DNA of 64,000 bases. It comes from Trichosphaerium sp. ATCC 40318. Its lineage: Eukaryota > Protista > Tubulinea. The stretch lies in the NCBI GenBank assembly GCA_038496445.1, contig JALMLS010000105.1, forward strand, positions 1-64,000, read 5' to 3'. Position 1 is the stretch's first letter; every line of letters starts with the position of its first letter. Below are positions 39,001-52,553 of the stretch, piece by piece. The notes under the pieces are model-generated. The model saw only the letters and a program-made list of their open reading frames with translations, was not told where the DNA came from and searched no databases. Position numbers and translations under genes: made by a program.

Positions 39001-40839
39001 TGAGCTCGTCATCCCTGGTGTCAACTGATTTTGTTGCTGCGCCAGCTGGGAGAGCTATAAAAAAGAGGTGTTAACACGACATACCATAATGCACTAACGT
39101 ACAAGAATCCTTGTTCTTGTATGCGTTCATTCTATCTTTGAGAGATACTCCACCTTTGCGCTCTTGGACTGAGGCATCTTTTAGTACAGCACCCTGAGCT
39201 AATAATCGCTCCTTCTCTTCTTTTGCGCGTTGAATATCCTGCTCCTTCAATCTCTTCTTTTCGGCTGCAATACGTGCCAACCTCTCTTCGTCAGCCTTTT
39301 TCTCGCGCTCTTGGCGTTCCAAACGTTCTTCTTCAGCCTTTTTCTTGCGTTCAGCCTCAGCTAAATACAAGTCTTAGTACCCTACATGCAGGAAGGTAAG
39401 TGTGGAAGCGAACCTTTTAACCAAGCTTTGCGCTTAAGAGCCAGGTCGTCGTCTTCATGCTGTTGATGTCTGACAACGGTCTTTGGAAGGTCTAAACACC
39501 AGTAAATTATCTTGATTGGGTAATATATGACGCCGTACCAGGTTCATTTGATACAGAACCAGGTCTAGCATACTTCTGGCTGCGTTTGCTTGCAAATCGC
39601 TTCAAGACACTGCCAACATTGCCTTTGACAGGCTTTGGAGATGCTGATCTACCTGCCTTTGCGCCTGTGCTCTTCGTTGCAGTAGTAGGCGTTTTTTTAT
39701 TTTGATTTTTCTCAGCGGCTCTTCGTGCTTTACGGACTGAAATACGCTCTCTACGCTTTGGTTTTGGAAGAGCGGAGGCGAATTTATTTTGCTTGATGAC
39801 TTTATCTTCATCTGCTCGAATGTCCACAAAATATGGTGCACCAGAAATAAGAGAATCATCAACTTTAATGTAAAAAATAAATTCGGCTATTGACAAGTTA
39901 GCAGGCGGTTTTTGACAGAAAAAAACAAATTAAAAATGGTGCTGACCTGCTTTTTCTGGTGTCCATTCAACGTCAAACGATCCATCCTCATTGTCATGTA
40001 TCTCAATGGTAGGCTTTGCTGGACAGTCAATTGTCAAACGATCTCTCTTTGCTGTAGCGTCGAGATTACCCTAAAAAAGCTAATTAGAAGACACAATCCC
40101 TACATGGTTTTTTTTGGCTTTTTTTTTAATCCTGTCACGACAAAAAGTGTACAGTACCTCACCGTCCTTGCAGTAAATTGTAAATACGTTGACGTCATTT
40201 AGGTTGATGCGAGTTTCATCAAGACCTACACCTGAAGCTGTTGTAGTAGCAGCAAGTCCTGTTGGTACTAAACGTTGTGAGTACTAGAGATCATCGCGAT
40301 TAGCGTTTTCGTACAAGGGAAACTGATTTTGAACGGACTTCCCTGTATTGGGTTGCCTTGCACGGCGACACTTATTTCGTAGTCACCAGGCTGTTTAAAA
40401 GTGTATTCAACATCATGTGTTCCATCGCCAACAGGATACACAGTGGCTGGTACTGCAGAAGGTCCAGTAACTTCGACTTTAATCTACGCCGTATTTAGGA
40501 AAAAATAGAAAGATATAAGCGGTACATCATCTTTTTTCAATGCGTTAAGAGGCTGATTTTCTGCATCTCGCGGGTAAACGGTCAACAGAGCGCATTTACC
40601 GAGAACGCAAGTTTTCTCATTCAAACCGCTGCCAAATGCCTTTGAATTTACCTAAAAGTATAGCGTGAATAATAACGGCCAATGTGATGCCTAATTGGTG
40701 CTTGTAGAAGCAAAAATATGCGCATAAAGTTCGAGAGAGCAGATCACGGCTAGCAACCCTCACAACGCTAAAACTAGCAAGGAAAACAAAAAACAAACTC
40801 CAAAACGGACGCAACAACCTAAACACGTACAACATCCAT
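36082..40839 (-). CDS. Filamin-type Ig-repeat protein with long charged helical and Pro/Glu linkers
   Basis: Several A.G.GL...G..A.FTV / D..DGT.DV.Y.P...G.Y.I.V...G..I.GSPF modules across exons; last exon ALKKQQSMQTKD*; start codon tentative. Confidence 0.8.
36760..37190 (-). repeat. Coding (K)KAEEEAKAAEEA low-complexity repeat
   Basis: ORF 36598-37314; explains the spurious antisense ORFs. Confidence 0.9.
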
Positions 40840-41050
40840 TGCGTTCTATCCACTAACTTAGTACGTCACTCTTGAAGCGTATAACTAAAAAGGGAATCAG
40901 CGTAGTCCAACACAAGTCAATCACGGTAACAACTCCAAAACCACAAAAAAAGCAAACACGCACAACGAGTATTGTGTATAGTTAATCTACAACATTTCGT
41001 GGTGATTTTATTCAAAAGCGTTTTGGCCTCCGATTTACAAAAAAAAAATC

Positions 41051-43584
41051 TTAACAGCCGTGTGTAGGCTTCTTCTTTTGCTTTCTACGGAATCGTGTCT
41101 CAACAGGATCGAAACCCTTCTCCTCTGCACCAAAAACAGCCCAATGTGGAGTTTCAGCCATGTAATCTTCGGCTGCAAACTCCTTTTTATTGTCCACTAG
41201 GGAGTGGAATTCGTCGTAGTCTATCCACGTGTGCCATTTCTAAAGAATAAGATAAGTACAAGGACACGAGCAAAAAAAGTCAAGAAAAATCTATTGTGTA
41301 TGACGTGTAAAAAAATTATTTCGCCACTTTTGGGCGAAAAAAAACCAAGGTGGACGACAAAAACCGTTTTTCTCAACATCTAGCAAATCTCAAATCCCGT
41401 ACGTTGTTTTTAAAGAATTTACTCTTACGTGCAACCAATACACAACAAGAGTGTTCATGTTCACTTGCAATAACATAATCATCGTGTCCTAGTGCCTCAG
41501 CAACAATATCACATAGTTTTTGTGTAAAACTGACAACTTCTGTGTGGTAAGGGACGTTTTTCATTGTCAATGGGTTTGTCTTCTGGTCGCCACAATATGT
41601 AACACCCTAGTTGATCATATCAATTAGCTGCTCCAAGAGGGTGGGATGTAACAAAATGACGCGTAGTCACTACACGACAAAATTGATGCGTACCTTGACC
41701 TCCAAGAAATCGGGTTGTCCAAGTTTTACTAGCTCAGCATAGCCCTTCATTTCCTAAAAAAAAGCTCTAAGCATTCCGAGAAAGTGATTGTTGCGACCGA
41801 CGAACCTCCATATTCCATTGTTTAATTAATGTAAGGCGGAAGACTGTCCTTTGTCCTTTAGTTGCCAACATCTTAATGGATGACAAGAATCGCTCCCAAA
41901 AATCACTAAATAATGGTCTATCGACTGCTTGCAACTTCTCTTTTGATGATGCATCAATAGACAAGTACATTTGTGTTACTGGCTTTAAGCTTGCTACCTT
42001 TTCTACAAAAGAATTTGTTAACGGCACAGTCTGCATCTTTGTAAGATTATTTACCTGGGAACTGAGCGTTTGTCACCATAAAAGATGAAATATGACGTTC
42101 GTGTAACATGTCAATATACTCGTTAATGTGTGGGTAAATAATTGGCTCTCTAAAGAAGCGGTAAGCTAAAACAACAACAACAAAAAAAACCAAAATTGCA
42201 ACAAGTTTGATTTTTTTGGTTAAGTTGACAAGAAAGAAAAACGAAAAACATCGATCAGTACCCGACTAGAGACAAAGCACAATGTTTGATTGTCTTTGCT
42301 TCCTCAAAACGTTCAGGTGAAACACCAGGTACACCACGTAAAGTCTTTATCATCTTCCTGTGTTTCTCAACAGCTTGCTCAATCAGAACTTGAGGAGAAT
42401 CAACCTTCCATTTCCATTCTTTTGCTACTGGATTCGTATGTGCTCTCCAACAGAATACACACTTATTCGCGCAAGCCAAAGACGGAGTCATTTCCATACA
42501 TTGGTATGAAGTAATACCATAAAACGTATGTTTATAGCAACCTCCACGACCACGTAACATTGCTTTTGTCCATCTACACAATTTGACGCCACTGTGGCTT
42601 CCAATCAGTTTGTATCCCTTAAAAAAAATGGCGTCAATTAAATAAAGCATATCTCTTGTATTGGTATTATACCTGCTTAGTTAATGAGGATCTAACTTTA
42701 GGTGTCAACATTTCAGCAGTTGTTTCTTCTTGTTCTTCTTCTTCTAAAACAATTTCTCCTTTGCGAGCTTTTAGGCGTTTTGCCATGAGCCCTAGATCTT
42801 CCAAATCAGTTACAGGATGCTCGCTCTCATCGTCTGAATCAGATTCGTATCCCTTTTATGTCAAGTATTAGACATCATGCACAGAACGGAGACAACCGTA
42901 CGTCAAGTCTACGAATTAAACTCTTGGACCAGGTAGAGAATTGTTTGTCCATTTTCCCTGAATCCTCGTCTCCAAGCCCGAGTTTGAGCGTTGAAGTGGC
43001 ACCAAGGGAACGTAATGATTCATCAATTTTTTTGGCAGCAGTATTGTAATGGTCAGAGTAGAGGGAGTTACCCAATCCGAATACTAAGTTGTGTTACAAT
43101 CAAAAATTTTCATTTATTGAGCTAATCGTACCTGAGTATTCAATGCCTTTTAGAAAGTGCGTGGGTACCCTGTGGTCATTTGCCATATCAACGAGCCAGT
43201 TGTGGAATGCTTGGCCGTTATCCGGTGGAGTTCCGTTGGAGTACGTTGAAATGATCAATGCCAAACGGCAGGATATTTGAGGTAGACGCGCATCAACGTC
43301 AAAAGAGGACATAGGCATTACATTTACCTTTTAACTGTAAGTTTAGTTTTGTAATTCCATGTTACCTTGAAATTAGCCTCTTTGAGGTCCTTTGTTAGTC
43401 CTTCGGCGTATTTTTGTGCTCTTCCTGCTTGGCTTGCATAGAGTACGAGAATGCTGTCGTCAGATGGTTTGGCCTTCTTACTAGGCGCTTTGGAAGCACT
43501 TGAGCTGGATTTACGCCATATTTTGTACAGAACAATGCACAGCGCAATACCAAAACAAACAAAAAACGCAGATAAAAATGCCAT
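41051..43584 (-). CDS. TYW1: tRNA 4-demethylwyosine synthase (flavodoxin + radical SAM)
   Basis: N-terminal TM; LYASQAGRA flavodoxin; GYKLIGSHSGVKLCRWTK; CANKCVFC radical-SAM motif; SEHEHSCC; TPHWAVFGAEEKGFDP. Confidence 0.97.
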
Positions 43585-43896
43585 AGAGCGTCCCCTCTTG
43601 CAGCAGAAAGCGTAGAGTCGTTTTGTCAAGGAAAAAAAGGAGAAATTTTAACGCAATATAACTGTATTGACTAAGCGTAATTAGAAATTGTACTACGTGG
43701 TGACACTATGCTATTGTGTTACAGCGTTGCTCCATGCAATTAAAACTGTAAACGACCTCGAAAATGTCAAAAACTGACATTTGATACTACAGAGCGTGAA
43801 AAGACAAGTGGAATGGGCCTATGTACCCAACCAAATTCAGAAAATACGCTTAAGTTACTGTGGCACTAAGGTTTTAAACCCGAAATACAACGCACA

Positions 43897-45157
43897 ATGC
43901 AAGGAGGCTACCCAGGACAACCAAAACGAGGAGGATACCCACCACAACAGGGCGGTTACCCGCCACAACAAGGAGGTTACCCACCACAACAGGGCGGTTA
44001 CCCACCACAGCAGGGCGGCTACCCTCCACAACAAGGAGGATACCCACCACAACAAGGAGGTTACCCACCGCAACAGGGCGGCTACCCACCGCAACAAGGA
44101 GGTTACCCACCACAACAACAACGTCCAGGAGGTTTACAAACGGCTCAGTCAACTCAGCTGACTGGTTGGGTATATTTTTAACTCAACTGCAATTTACTCG
44201 CTAATTCGCACTAGTATGCGCAATACTACCAACAAATTCCACCTCAGCAATTGCAACAGCTTCGTAGTTGGTTTGCTGGTATGGACAGAGACAGGTTCGT
44301 TAGCTTTTGTGCTGTTGAGCACTAAACGCGGTTTATAGATCTGGAAGTATCACCTCAACAGAATTAGCGAACGTGCAGGTAATAATTCTAAACATGATCG
44401 TTTTTAAACTTAATTTTGCTTTAGTTTGGCCAAAGACCACTAGGAGCACCAGCCGCAAAGAGTGCGGACAAGATCAAATCAATTTGACAAATTAACTGAT
44501 TTTCTCTAGAACTCGTAAAGGTTTTCGACAAAGATCACTCAGGTATGTAGTAATCGTCTAAACTTCAAATCTATTGTTTACATTTCCTTTTAGGAACCAT
44601 CGATTTTAAAGAATACGCTGCCTTGCATCAATTTATTACTACCATGCAAAACGCCTTCTTTCATGCTGATGGCGATAGAAGGTACGCGTAGAACCCTCAC
44701 AGAACGAAATTCATAAAACACAAAACTCTAAATAACGCTTAAGCGGTACATTGGACGCACGCGAGATTCATACTGCTTTGGTTGCTGCTAGCTTCCAATT
44801 GAGCCTACCAACAGTACAAGCGATTTGTAAAAAGTTTGGTAAAAAGCCAGCCGGAGGCCGTAGAGGTCAACGTCCTGCCCCTGCTGGACTCACTTTCCCA
44901 GACTTTATCATGTGTTGTGCTCACCTTGCTCACGTCCGTAGTATCTTCGAGGTACCGTTAACTTTTTTTTTTATTCACGTGCTTACGCTGTTATTTAGTG
45001 GAATGATACACAACGACAAGGCCGTGTCACCTTTACTTACGATCAACTCAGCCACGTCTCAAGTACGAATTTTTTTTCTTTTTAAGAAATTTGTGTTTTA
45101 TTTTTTTACTTTTTTTGTATTTGTCCTTATAAGCTTTTAGCTGAGCTCCTCGTATAA
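43897..45157 (+). CDS. Penta-EF-hand protein (peflin/ALG-2-like) with Gly/Pro/Tyr/Gln N-terminus
   Basis: [57 protein letters not shown]. Confidence 0.9.
43930..44118 (+). repeat. 9 x GGYPPQQ coding repeat (21-nt unit)
   Basis: Direct translation of ORF 43897-44181. Confidence 0.95.
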
Positions 45158-45237
45158 TAATATTCTTCTTGTTGTTATGAACAATAAATTTATTTGGTTC
45201 GTAAAAGTACTTGGTTTGGTGTTGGTTGCGTATCGGA

Positions 45238-45522
45238 TCAAAAACACCCGCGGCGGAGGAATGCATTTCTACTTCCGACGGTGTAACTGACGGGCCCTGT
45301 GGCTGCCATGTATCTACTAGAGTGATGTGAGGAGGAATTGTGTTTGGTTTTAGCGTACTTTTTCGGGGTGAAGCTTCGACTTCGGCTTCTTGTGGCTTTG
45401 GCGGTTGGGCTAGAACTTGAGGCATTTTTCTTTTTGGACATAGCGGCAGCTTCTATTATCTTAGTTTTAGAGTAGCTCCCATCGTGTGTCGACTTTCTTC
45501 TGTGCCTTCTCGTTGCTTCCAT
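45238..45522 (-). CDS. Small basic Ser/Arg/Lys-rich hypothetical protein
   Basis: ATG preceded by ACAACAAAACATC as in other genes here; 94 aa; convergent with the PEF gene. Confidence 0.5.
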   Translation of the reverse strand: MEATRRHRRKSTHDGSYSKTKIIEAAAMSKKKNASSSSPTAKATRSRSRSFTPKKYAKTKHNSSSHHSSRYMAATGPVSYTVGSRNAFLRRGCF

Positions 45523-45929
45523 GATGTTTTGTTGTTAAATATGGGCATGTAGTTATCAGTTACCGTAATTGCTGCGCAGCTTACCGCTCAGTTGTGGCGC
45601 AGTTGTGAAGCATTTTATGAGAGGCTTTTTTTTAACACATGGTTGACATGCGTCCGATTACACAGTAATAAGCGTACTTGCTACAATAAAGCATAAATTA
45701 CGCAGACATTGCAAGAAGACTGAAGTAAGTAATCTGTTGTTTTGTTACGGCAGGTAATTGAACAAAGCGCCCTTAAGTCGCATTCTCTTCCCTGAAGATT
45801 GTTCGATTCTGCCGTCAAGACTGAACGGTTAACAGCCTTAACCATTTTTCATGAAATTTCTGCGTCTAAGCGAAAGAATTTCACTTCAGCAAACAGAAAG
45901 CACCCTTTCCGTACATACGCTAAACAACA

Positions 45930-47394
45930 ATGGTAGTAATTAAAGCAAAGCTCGGCTCTGAGCTTCGGCGCTTTACTCTCCCGAACAGCTCTAATTTTGA
46001 GCATTTGCGCGGTTTCCTCATCCAGCTCTTCTCTCTCACTACTGAGTTTATAATAAAGGTACGTTAGCTGCAAACACGAAACACAAAAAACTTATTTTTT
46101 TTTAGTACAAGGATGATGAGGGCGATACAGTAATGATAGGAACAGACGATGAACTAGAGGAGGCTGTTCGCGTCTCGCAAGGATTAAAACCTGCAATTCT
46201 ACGTTTGTCGATAGAACGGACGAACCAACCCCTCGTGATGCCTACACAGCCATCGGTGGCCCAAAAACCAGAGCCCATTCAGCCGCGGCAGCAAATTTCC
46301 GAAAAGGCGCCAGCTCAGCAAAGCAGCTTCAATTCAGCTTACGATTTTATCTCCCGCGTACGTTCCCACTTCGCGGATTCACCATTAAAATACCACACTT
46401 TCTTGCGCACTCTACAAAGCTACCGCACCAAGAAGTACGTCATTTAACCATATAATCGTTTTATTAACGCGCGTAGAATGAGCTTGGATCAAGTTCACGC
46501 TCGGATTAGCGGACTCTTCTCTGACAATGCAGAGCTCCTTGAAGGTACGCTATTAAAGCAATAAAAACAAAACTAACCACCGCCTGTTTCTAGGATTTAA
46601 AACGTTCTTGCCACCAGGGTTCAAGGCTAAACCGCTACCTAACCGCAATTCAGGACCTTCAAAGAAACAAATGAGCCCAACACAGCTTCCTTCTGCTGCT
46701 CAATTGTCTTTCAGCATCCCAAAACTACATGCGACTCAATTGCCTTCGTTATCGTTAGTTATGCCTCAACAATCACCTTCACCAGTTGTCGACCCAAAAC
46801 CAGTCCAACCAGCTTGGAATCCAGCTCCTCAAGCGAACGCACAACCAAAACGTGTTGCTATCCCTCAATCACTTGGCAGGCTCGCCTCCCTTTGCGCTGA
46901 ATGCGGTGAGATTTCAAACAAATTGAACCAAGAACTAGCCAATTTGTCAATGTCTAGTGCTCTTATGAGCAAACAAATGTGCGATCAAACAACCGCACTC
47001 ACAGGTGATGTAATGCAAGAGTCAATGCTTAAATCACAAATCCGTACGTAGAGCCTGTCGCAACTTTTTTTCCATTTTTTTTTTCCTTGACTGATTGGTT
47101 TTTTTAGCGGACCAAGCCAATGAGCCTAATGAGTCTGCACTACAAAACCTTCATACCACAACATCTGACTTGACATTATCTGTACAACAAGACCTTCACA
47201 CAACACTACAAGCTCAAATGTTGGCTATCAATGAGGAGTCTAAAAAAGTCCAAGAAAGCCAACGTAATTTGGAGAACCAATGTCAAGAATTGTTCGAAAA
47301 GACCCTTCGTATGTGCTCTGACTTTTCTAAGAGTATCGCACAAACTACAGAACAAGTACACGATAAGACCGTTGGGGACATCCGCAACATGTAA
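45930..47394 (+). CDS. PB1 + PAH domain protein with C-terminal coiled coil
   Basis: MVVIKAKLGSELRRF...IK|YKDDEGDTVMIGTDDELEEA (PB1 Lys + OPCA); AYDFISRVRSHFADSPLKYHTFLRTLQSY..VHARISGLFSDNAELLEGFKTFLP (PAH). Confidence 0.85.
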
Positions 47395-47634
47395 TAACAC
47401 TGTTAAATAGAAATAAACACCCTCTGTAACCCTTCTACATATCAATCAAACAAAGTCTCAGTTCAACTCGTGTTACCTCCTTATTTTAAACCACACAGCC
47501 GTGATGTAACTAAAGCGTTATTGGTATATTGTATTTAGCAATGTGGTGCGTTTGAAGTGATTTGAGAGTTTAGATTTGCCCAAAACAAAAAACACAAAAA
47601 AGAGGATATTATATGGCCACATACTCAATACGTT

Positions 47635-47801
47635 CTTATGCCTCACAGCCGTACAGTCCCTCCCTAGAATCGAAGGATGCCGGGCGCTGCTCGCACAAGT
47701 CGGATTCACTCTTATGTGCCTCTACTATCAGTCTAACTTCTGCAAATGTCTAGGATATAGGTATAGCTATCCTGATAGTAGACGGAATCCATAAGTTTTT
47801 T
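47635..47801. ncRNA. Candidate structured non-coding element
   Basis: Nested inverted repeats GGATTC/GAATCC and TCTACTATCAG/CTGATAGTAGA, terminal CTTATG/CATAAG, T6 run at the 3' end; intergenic and GC-richer than the flanks. Confidence 0.35.
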
Positions 47802-48486
47802 ATGTGTCCCACCGTCGTATCACACTTTTATAGTGTGTTCCTTTTCATTATTGGAATAAATACTTATCGATTAAGTACAACTACTTACAACCAAAAAAAT
47901 AAATTGTGGTTACCCAATATACTCTGTACACGTGCGTAGGAGCTACAGAGCATGTTGTAATGTTTGTGAGTGAAAGACAAATATAAAAATCAATCATGTG
48001 ATCAAACTTTTTACTGTTCTCGTCGAAAGCCAGTTTAAAATACATCAGAGTGGTTATTTTCTGATTCAATACGGTATTTTAACTCTATTTCTTCAGTTGT
48101 AAATGATTGATTAATCAAACGAAATAATTTTTGGTTTGGTTTTTCTGAGTCAAAAAAAAAGTGAATCAAATTCAATTTTATTGAGCTTGTGAAGTGTTCG
48201 GAATTGTAATAATTTTTCTCCTTTTGGGTTTGTCCTCCCTCACAGCTCTGGTTACAAATCATGCAGACTGAAGTAGTCCTTCAATCTCAAGAGGAGACTG
48301 CCATTGACTAGTCGTTTTCCCGAATTCCGATTTCCGTTTTTGCTTTCTCAGAAAATGCATTTTAACAATTTGGTGGCGTATTCGATAATCCCACGGTTAT
48401 AAAAAATGTATGGAAGATGTTAGATTATTTTTTGGTTAAGGCTTGGCGCCGAAATTTGATTAGCATTTTTCCATCAACAAACTCAA

Positions 48487-51400
48487 ATGTCCGCAACTGT
48501 TACCTTATTAAAAAGCGGTCCAGACGGAGGACCAAACATGGTGGAGCTTTTTAGAGAAATGAAGTTAGAAAAGGTACAGCATAATGAAACTTTGAAAAAA
48601 AGAGCCGCTTTTTGGCTAATGCAGAGCAGGATCCAAGACTTTCAGGCTACAAACGCACCTTCAATCCAAAATTAGTTGGTACAACCATAAAATTTCCTTT
48701 TAAAACCAACTAACGGTTCCTACTATAGCTGCAGTCAATAAGAACGATACTGATAATGTGTACTTTGTCGTAAAGGTTAGTAAAGACCCTAATACAATTT
48801 TACGCTAAAAAATACCTAGCAAACAAAACCACGCGTGTCATTAGACCTGTTGATGGTAAATAGTCTTGGTTTCAAGTTCACAAAATTCAAGCTGTCATAT
48901 AGCAAAGCAGAAAAGTACGAGAAGATATATACGTTGTTCAAGGTGCGATTTATATGCTTGTTTCGTACAATTGCAGAAATATTTCTTGATGAAATGAACC
49001 ACATAAAAAAAAACTTTTTGATTAATTTTTATTACTCAGAATGAACCATTTTTCTTGTTTGATGGAATAGATAAACTATCGTTTAATAAACTCGGAAAAA
49101 AGCGACCTTGTTGCTCGTTTTGCATACAGATGGCTGGCCCTTTGCTTCTAGCACGGAGTCTACGCCAAAGTCCTACTGGACGTGCTAATAGGCGGTATAC
49201 AGTCGCTGCAGCAAGTACGTATTTTTATCAAGTTTACGAGGTTATTAAACGAAGCGCTAGATGACGAACACATTGAAGAAGCAAAAAGATTTTCATTCAC
49301 ATTTTATTCCAATGACACTGTACGTCCTATTGACAAACGCACGTGTTTTATTCAAATCATTTACTAGGGACAAGCGTTTAAATCACTAATGGAGCTACGA
49401 AATAGAACTCTAGGAGATGAAGATAGCTATTTTGAAGTTCATTCAGTGTCATCATCTGAAAGGAAAAAAAAGAAAAAAAGTAAAAGAAAATCAAAAAGAA
49501 GGAGACGCAGTAACAAAGCAAAGATATCAAAGTCTACTATTCTTGGTCTATCTGGAAGCGAATGTTTTGATACATTCACAAATGATAATTACTTTGATAC
49601 TGCAATGTCGGAGTAGCACGTGTAAAACAAAACAACAAATGTAACGTATAAATTTATATTGAAAATATCCTATTGTTGTTTAAGTACTGCTTATACTAAA
49701 AACGCTTGGATTACGATGCCAAGAAGCCAAAATCTTCAGTACAATTGTATTAGATCCAGAACCATCATTCAGCAATGTACTGATTCGTTGAATATAGCAA
49801 AGTGTTAAGGTTTGCAATGACTCAACTTTTGTTGCAAACGATACCATTGGCGGCAAAAAAGCGACATTTGTGCTAGCAAATTGTTGGATTTGATAGCGGC
49901 CAAGGTGCGTAGTACCATAAGTAAGTGATATCAGTACGTTCTGGTGTTCGTTGGCAGTAGCGAAAAAAAAACAGAAATCAAGTGTTTGTTGTAGGAAATC
50001 ACGTGAAGGTGATATTGTCCTTCGCAATACAAAATCAAAAGCTCCATCACCGTACACCAGTATTAATGAATACGCCAATTGGGACAGTGTATAGAATATT
50101 GCCGGAAGGGCATTAGTTGCTACGTATTTGCTCATTTTGTGCAATTGTTTAAATTGTGTTTCAGTAAGTGGTGCGCCTTGGTAATTGTAAGCCCTGAGGA
50201 CGACGTGATTGTCTATTCTAAGGCAATCAAACTTAAGTGGTTCTAGCCTAATCTGGTCATTTTATGGAACAACGAGTTGAGCAATGAACTTTTCGTTATG
50301 AGCGAAAAGAGCTCTCGCGAGCCTGATGAGAAGGTACTACAAAAAAGAAAACAAACTGTTTATGTATTTGTTTACTTACTTTAAAACTACTATAGCTATT
50401 AGCGAGTTATCCATTCTCTCGCGTTAATAACGATAACGTTAAAGTTGGCGTTCTAACAAAAAAAGGAGCTGTACGGAGGTAAGACTACATTAAGACACTC
50501 AAATAATAATCTAAAAACTGCAACCTGCCTTTTAAAACAAATTTATACGCTTCGTTCAAATTGAGCGCATAAAAGCGCTCCAATTAACGTTTATCGCCAC
50601 TACCCTAATAAACCGCGTTAGAAACTGGAAACAAAGGTTATTCGTGCTACACTATGAATATCTATTGTACTACAAGCCAATTGGAACATCAAATCGAACG
50701 GTTCGCTAGTTTTACGGCTAAAAATTGCGTTTTACTCAAATCAAGCTTGACGTTAAATTTAAATTCGTCTTCTTATCGTCTTGTACTGTAGCAAAGCGAT
50801 AAAGCTGATTTACCACTTGGAATGATACCTCTTCGAGAAGTACAAAATATTGGCATTTCTAAGCCAACCAATAAGGACACTGACTCTCATATATCCCTTA
50901 CACTACGATACGGTACGCTATTTAATACCACATTTTGTGAAAAATGGAAATACAAAAAAAAAAAAAGTGGCAATTGCAAAAAATTGATGATTTTGAAAAG
51001 ACTGTCTCCTTTCTTTGACCATTTATGATCCTCATCAAATTTTTTATTTAGGAAGGGTATTCTTAATGCAATCTAAAGACAATGAAGAGTTAGTATCATG
51101 GTTGAGCGCCCTAAAGACGCAGTCTACTCATGTCCAAGCTGCTTTAAAGTTCTTCGATTCTCAAGAGGAGTTTTCACAGCCACAACAAACACTTGATACA
51201 TTAATCTCATTGTATCCCATGTCGACAGCCTTACTCGTTACTGATAAGTACCCAGATGATCCACTAACGTGGTTGAAACATATAATATCAATGACACGTG
51301 GTACGACTAGTCAAGACCGCTCGAACAACAATTTTTTTCCCAATCTAATCTTTGTTTTATAGATTGGCTTCACCATAAGACTTTTTTGAAACACGTCAAG

Positions 51401-52553
51401 TATATATCGGCGTATTATACCTTAGATCCTTTACAAAGGTCTTGGATAAACTGGTTCTTAAAACCTTTCAATTCTCGTATGACAAACGCCAGGGTACGCA
51501 TGAGAACAACCATCACCTTTTTTTCTCTTTTTTTTTCTTCTTGTTCATTTTGGGTGATTGATTGTTTTCTTCTAGTCCTGTATTGCACAGTTGTATAACT
51601 GTCACTTGGCACATTTCCCTGTAATAGCAGAATCTCTTAGACGTCCTCCTAAAGGAGGACATATCCATGTAGATATAGGTATGCTTGAACAATGCAGCGC
51701 TGATGATATTAAGAAAAATTATAAAACGTGTCAAAAAATGGTGGCACTGTCATGGACATACACTACTGCCTTGACTCTACTTCAAGATATTTATGAGACA
51801 AGATTAGTATCAGTAGATACTACACCACTTATGTGGCATAACGATGTATCAGCATTACAACAAATCGCAACAAAGAAAAATGTTGTTTTGCCTCAAGATA
51901 TTACAATGTTTGATAATGAAATTATTGACGTTTTCGAACAAGAACAGCTTGTACACAAACCGAAAAAACAAAAGTCAACATTAAAGGTACGCTCACATAT
52001 AGTATATAGTTTAAATCGGCCATTGATTGATAAATATTTGTTGTAGAAGATAAGATCGTTGTCTATAATCAAGAAAAAGATAAAAAAAGGCAGCGCTCCG
52101 GTCAGCCCTAGTCGTCGTAAACAGGAGAAGACGGAATGCGTCATTCGCCTTCCTGATCCTAGTAGCAGGTTTCCTGAACTTGCTAGACTTGTTAGCCCTG
52201 GTTCAGAGTCCTCGTTTGGGAGTAGTCCAAACTCTCCCAGCTCTTTTGGATCACCAGGTCTACAGCGTACATCGAGAAGGGAGTCAAATGCCAGTACTGC
52301 CAGTCCTAGGGATCATATGCTAGCCATGACGCTTGATGAATTCGATACAATGGTATCACGTGATCTAGAGGCACTTTTGAGCGGTACCAGTACACCAAGA
52401 CCGTTCCAGCGTAGAACAATAGGAGAGGTGGGAAGAAGCGAGTCTGAGTTTATGCTGAGGACTGTAAATGCCACACTTGGCCATTTGTTTGAAGATACTG
52501 AATCTCCTTCTTCAACTAAAACGATTAAATCAGCTACATCGGTTGAAACTTAG
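48487..52553 (+). CDS. PH-domain protein with Ser/Pro-rich tail (multi-exon)
   Basis: VKVGVLTKKGAVR|RNWKQRLFVLHYEYLLYYK..PLGMIPLREVQ..GRVFLMQSKDNEELVSWLSALK; basic PH signature; 5' exon structure uncertain. Confidence 0.75.

Noticed and set aside
43781-44161. Overlapping ORFs and a possible CRISPR-like 21-nt periodicity
   Set aside because: Coding GGYPPQQ repeat with wobble variation, no unique spacers, eukaryotic context
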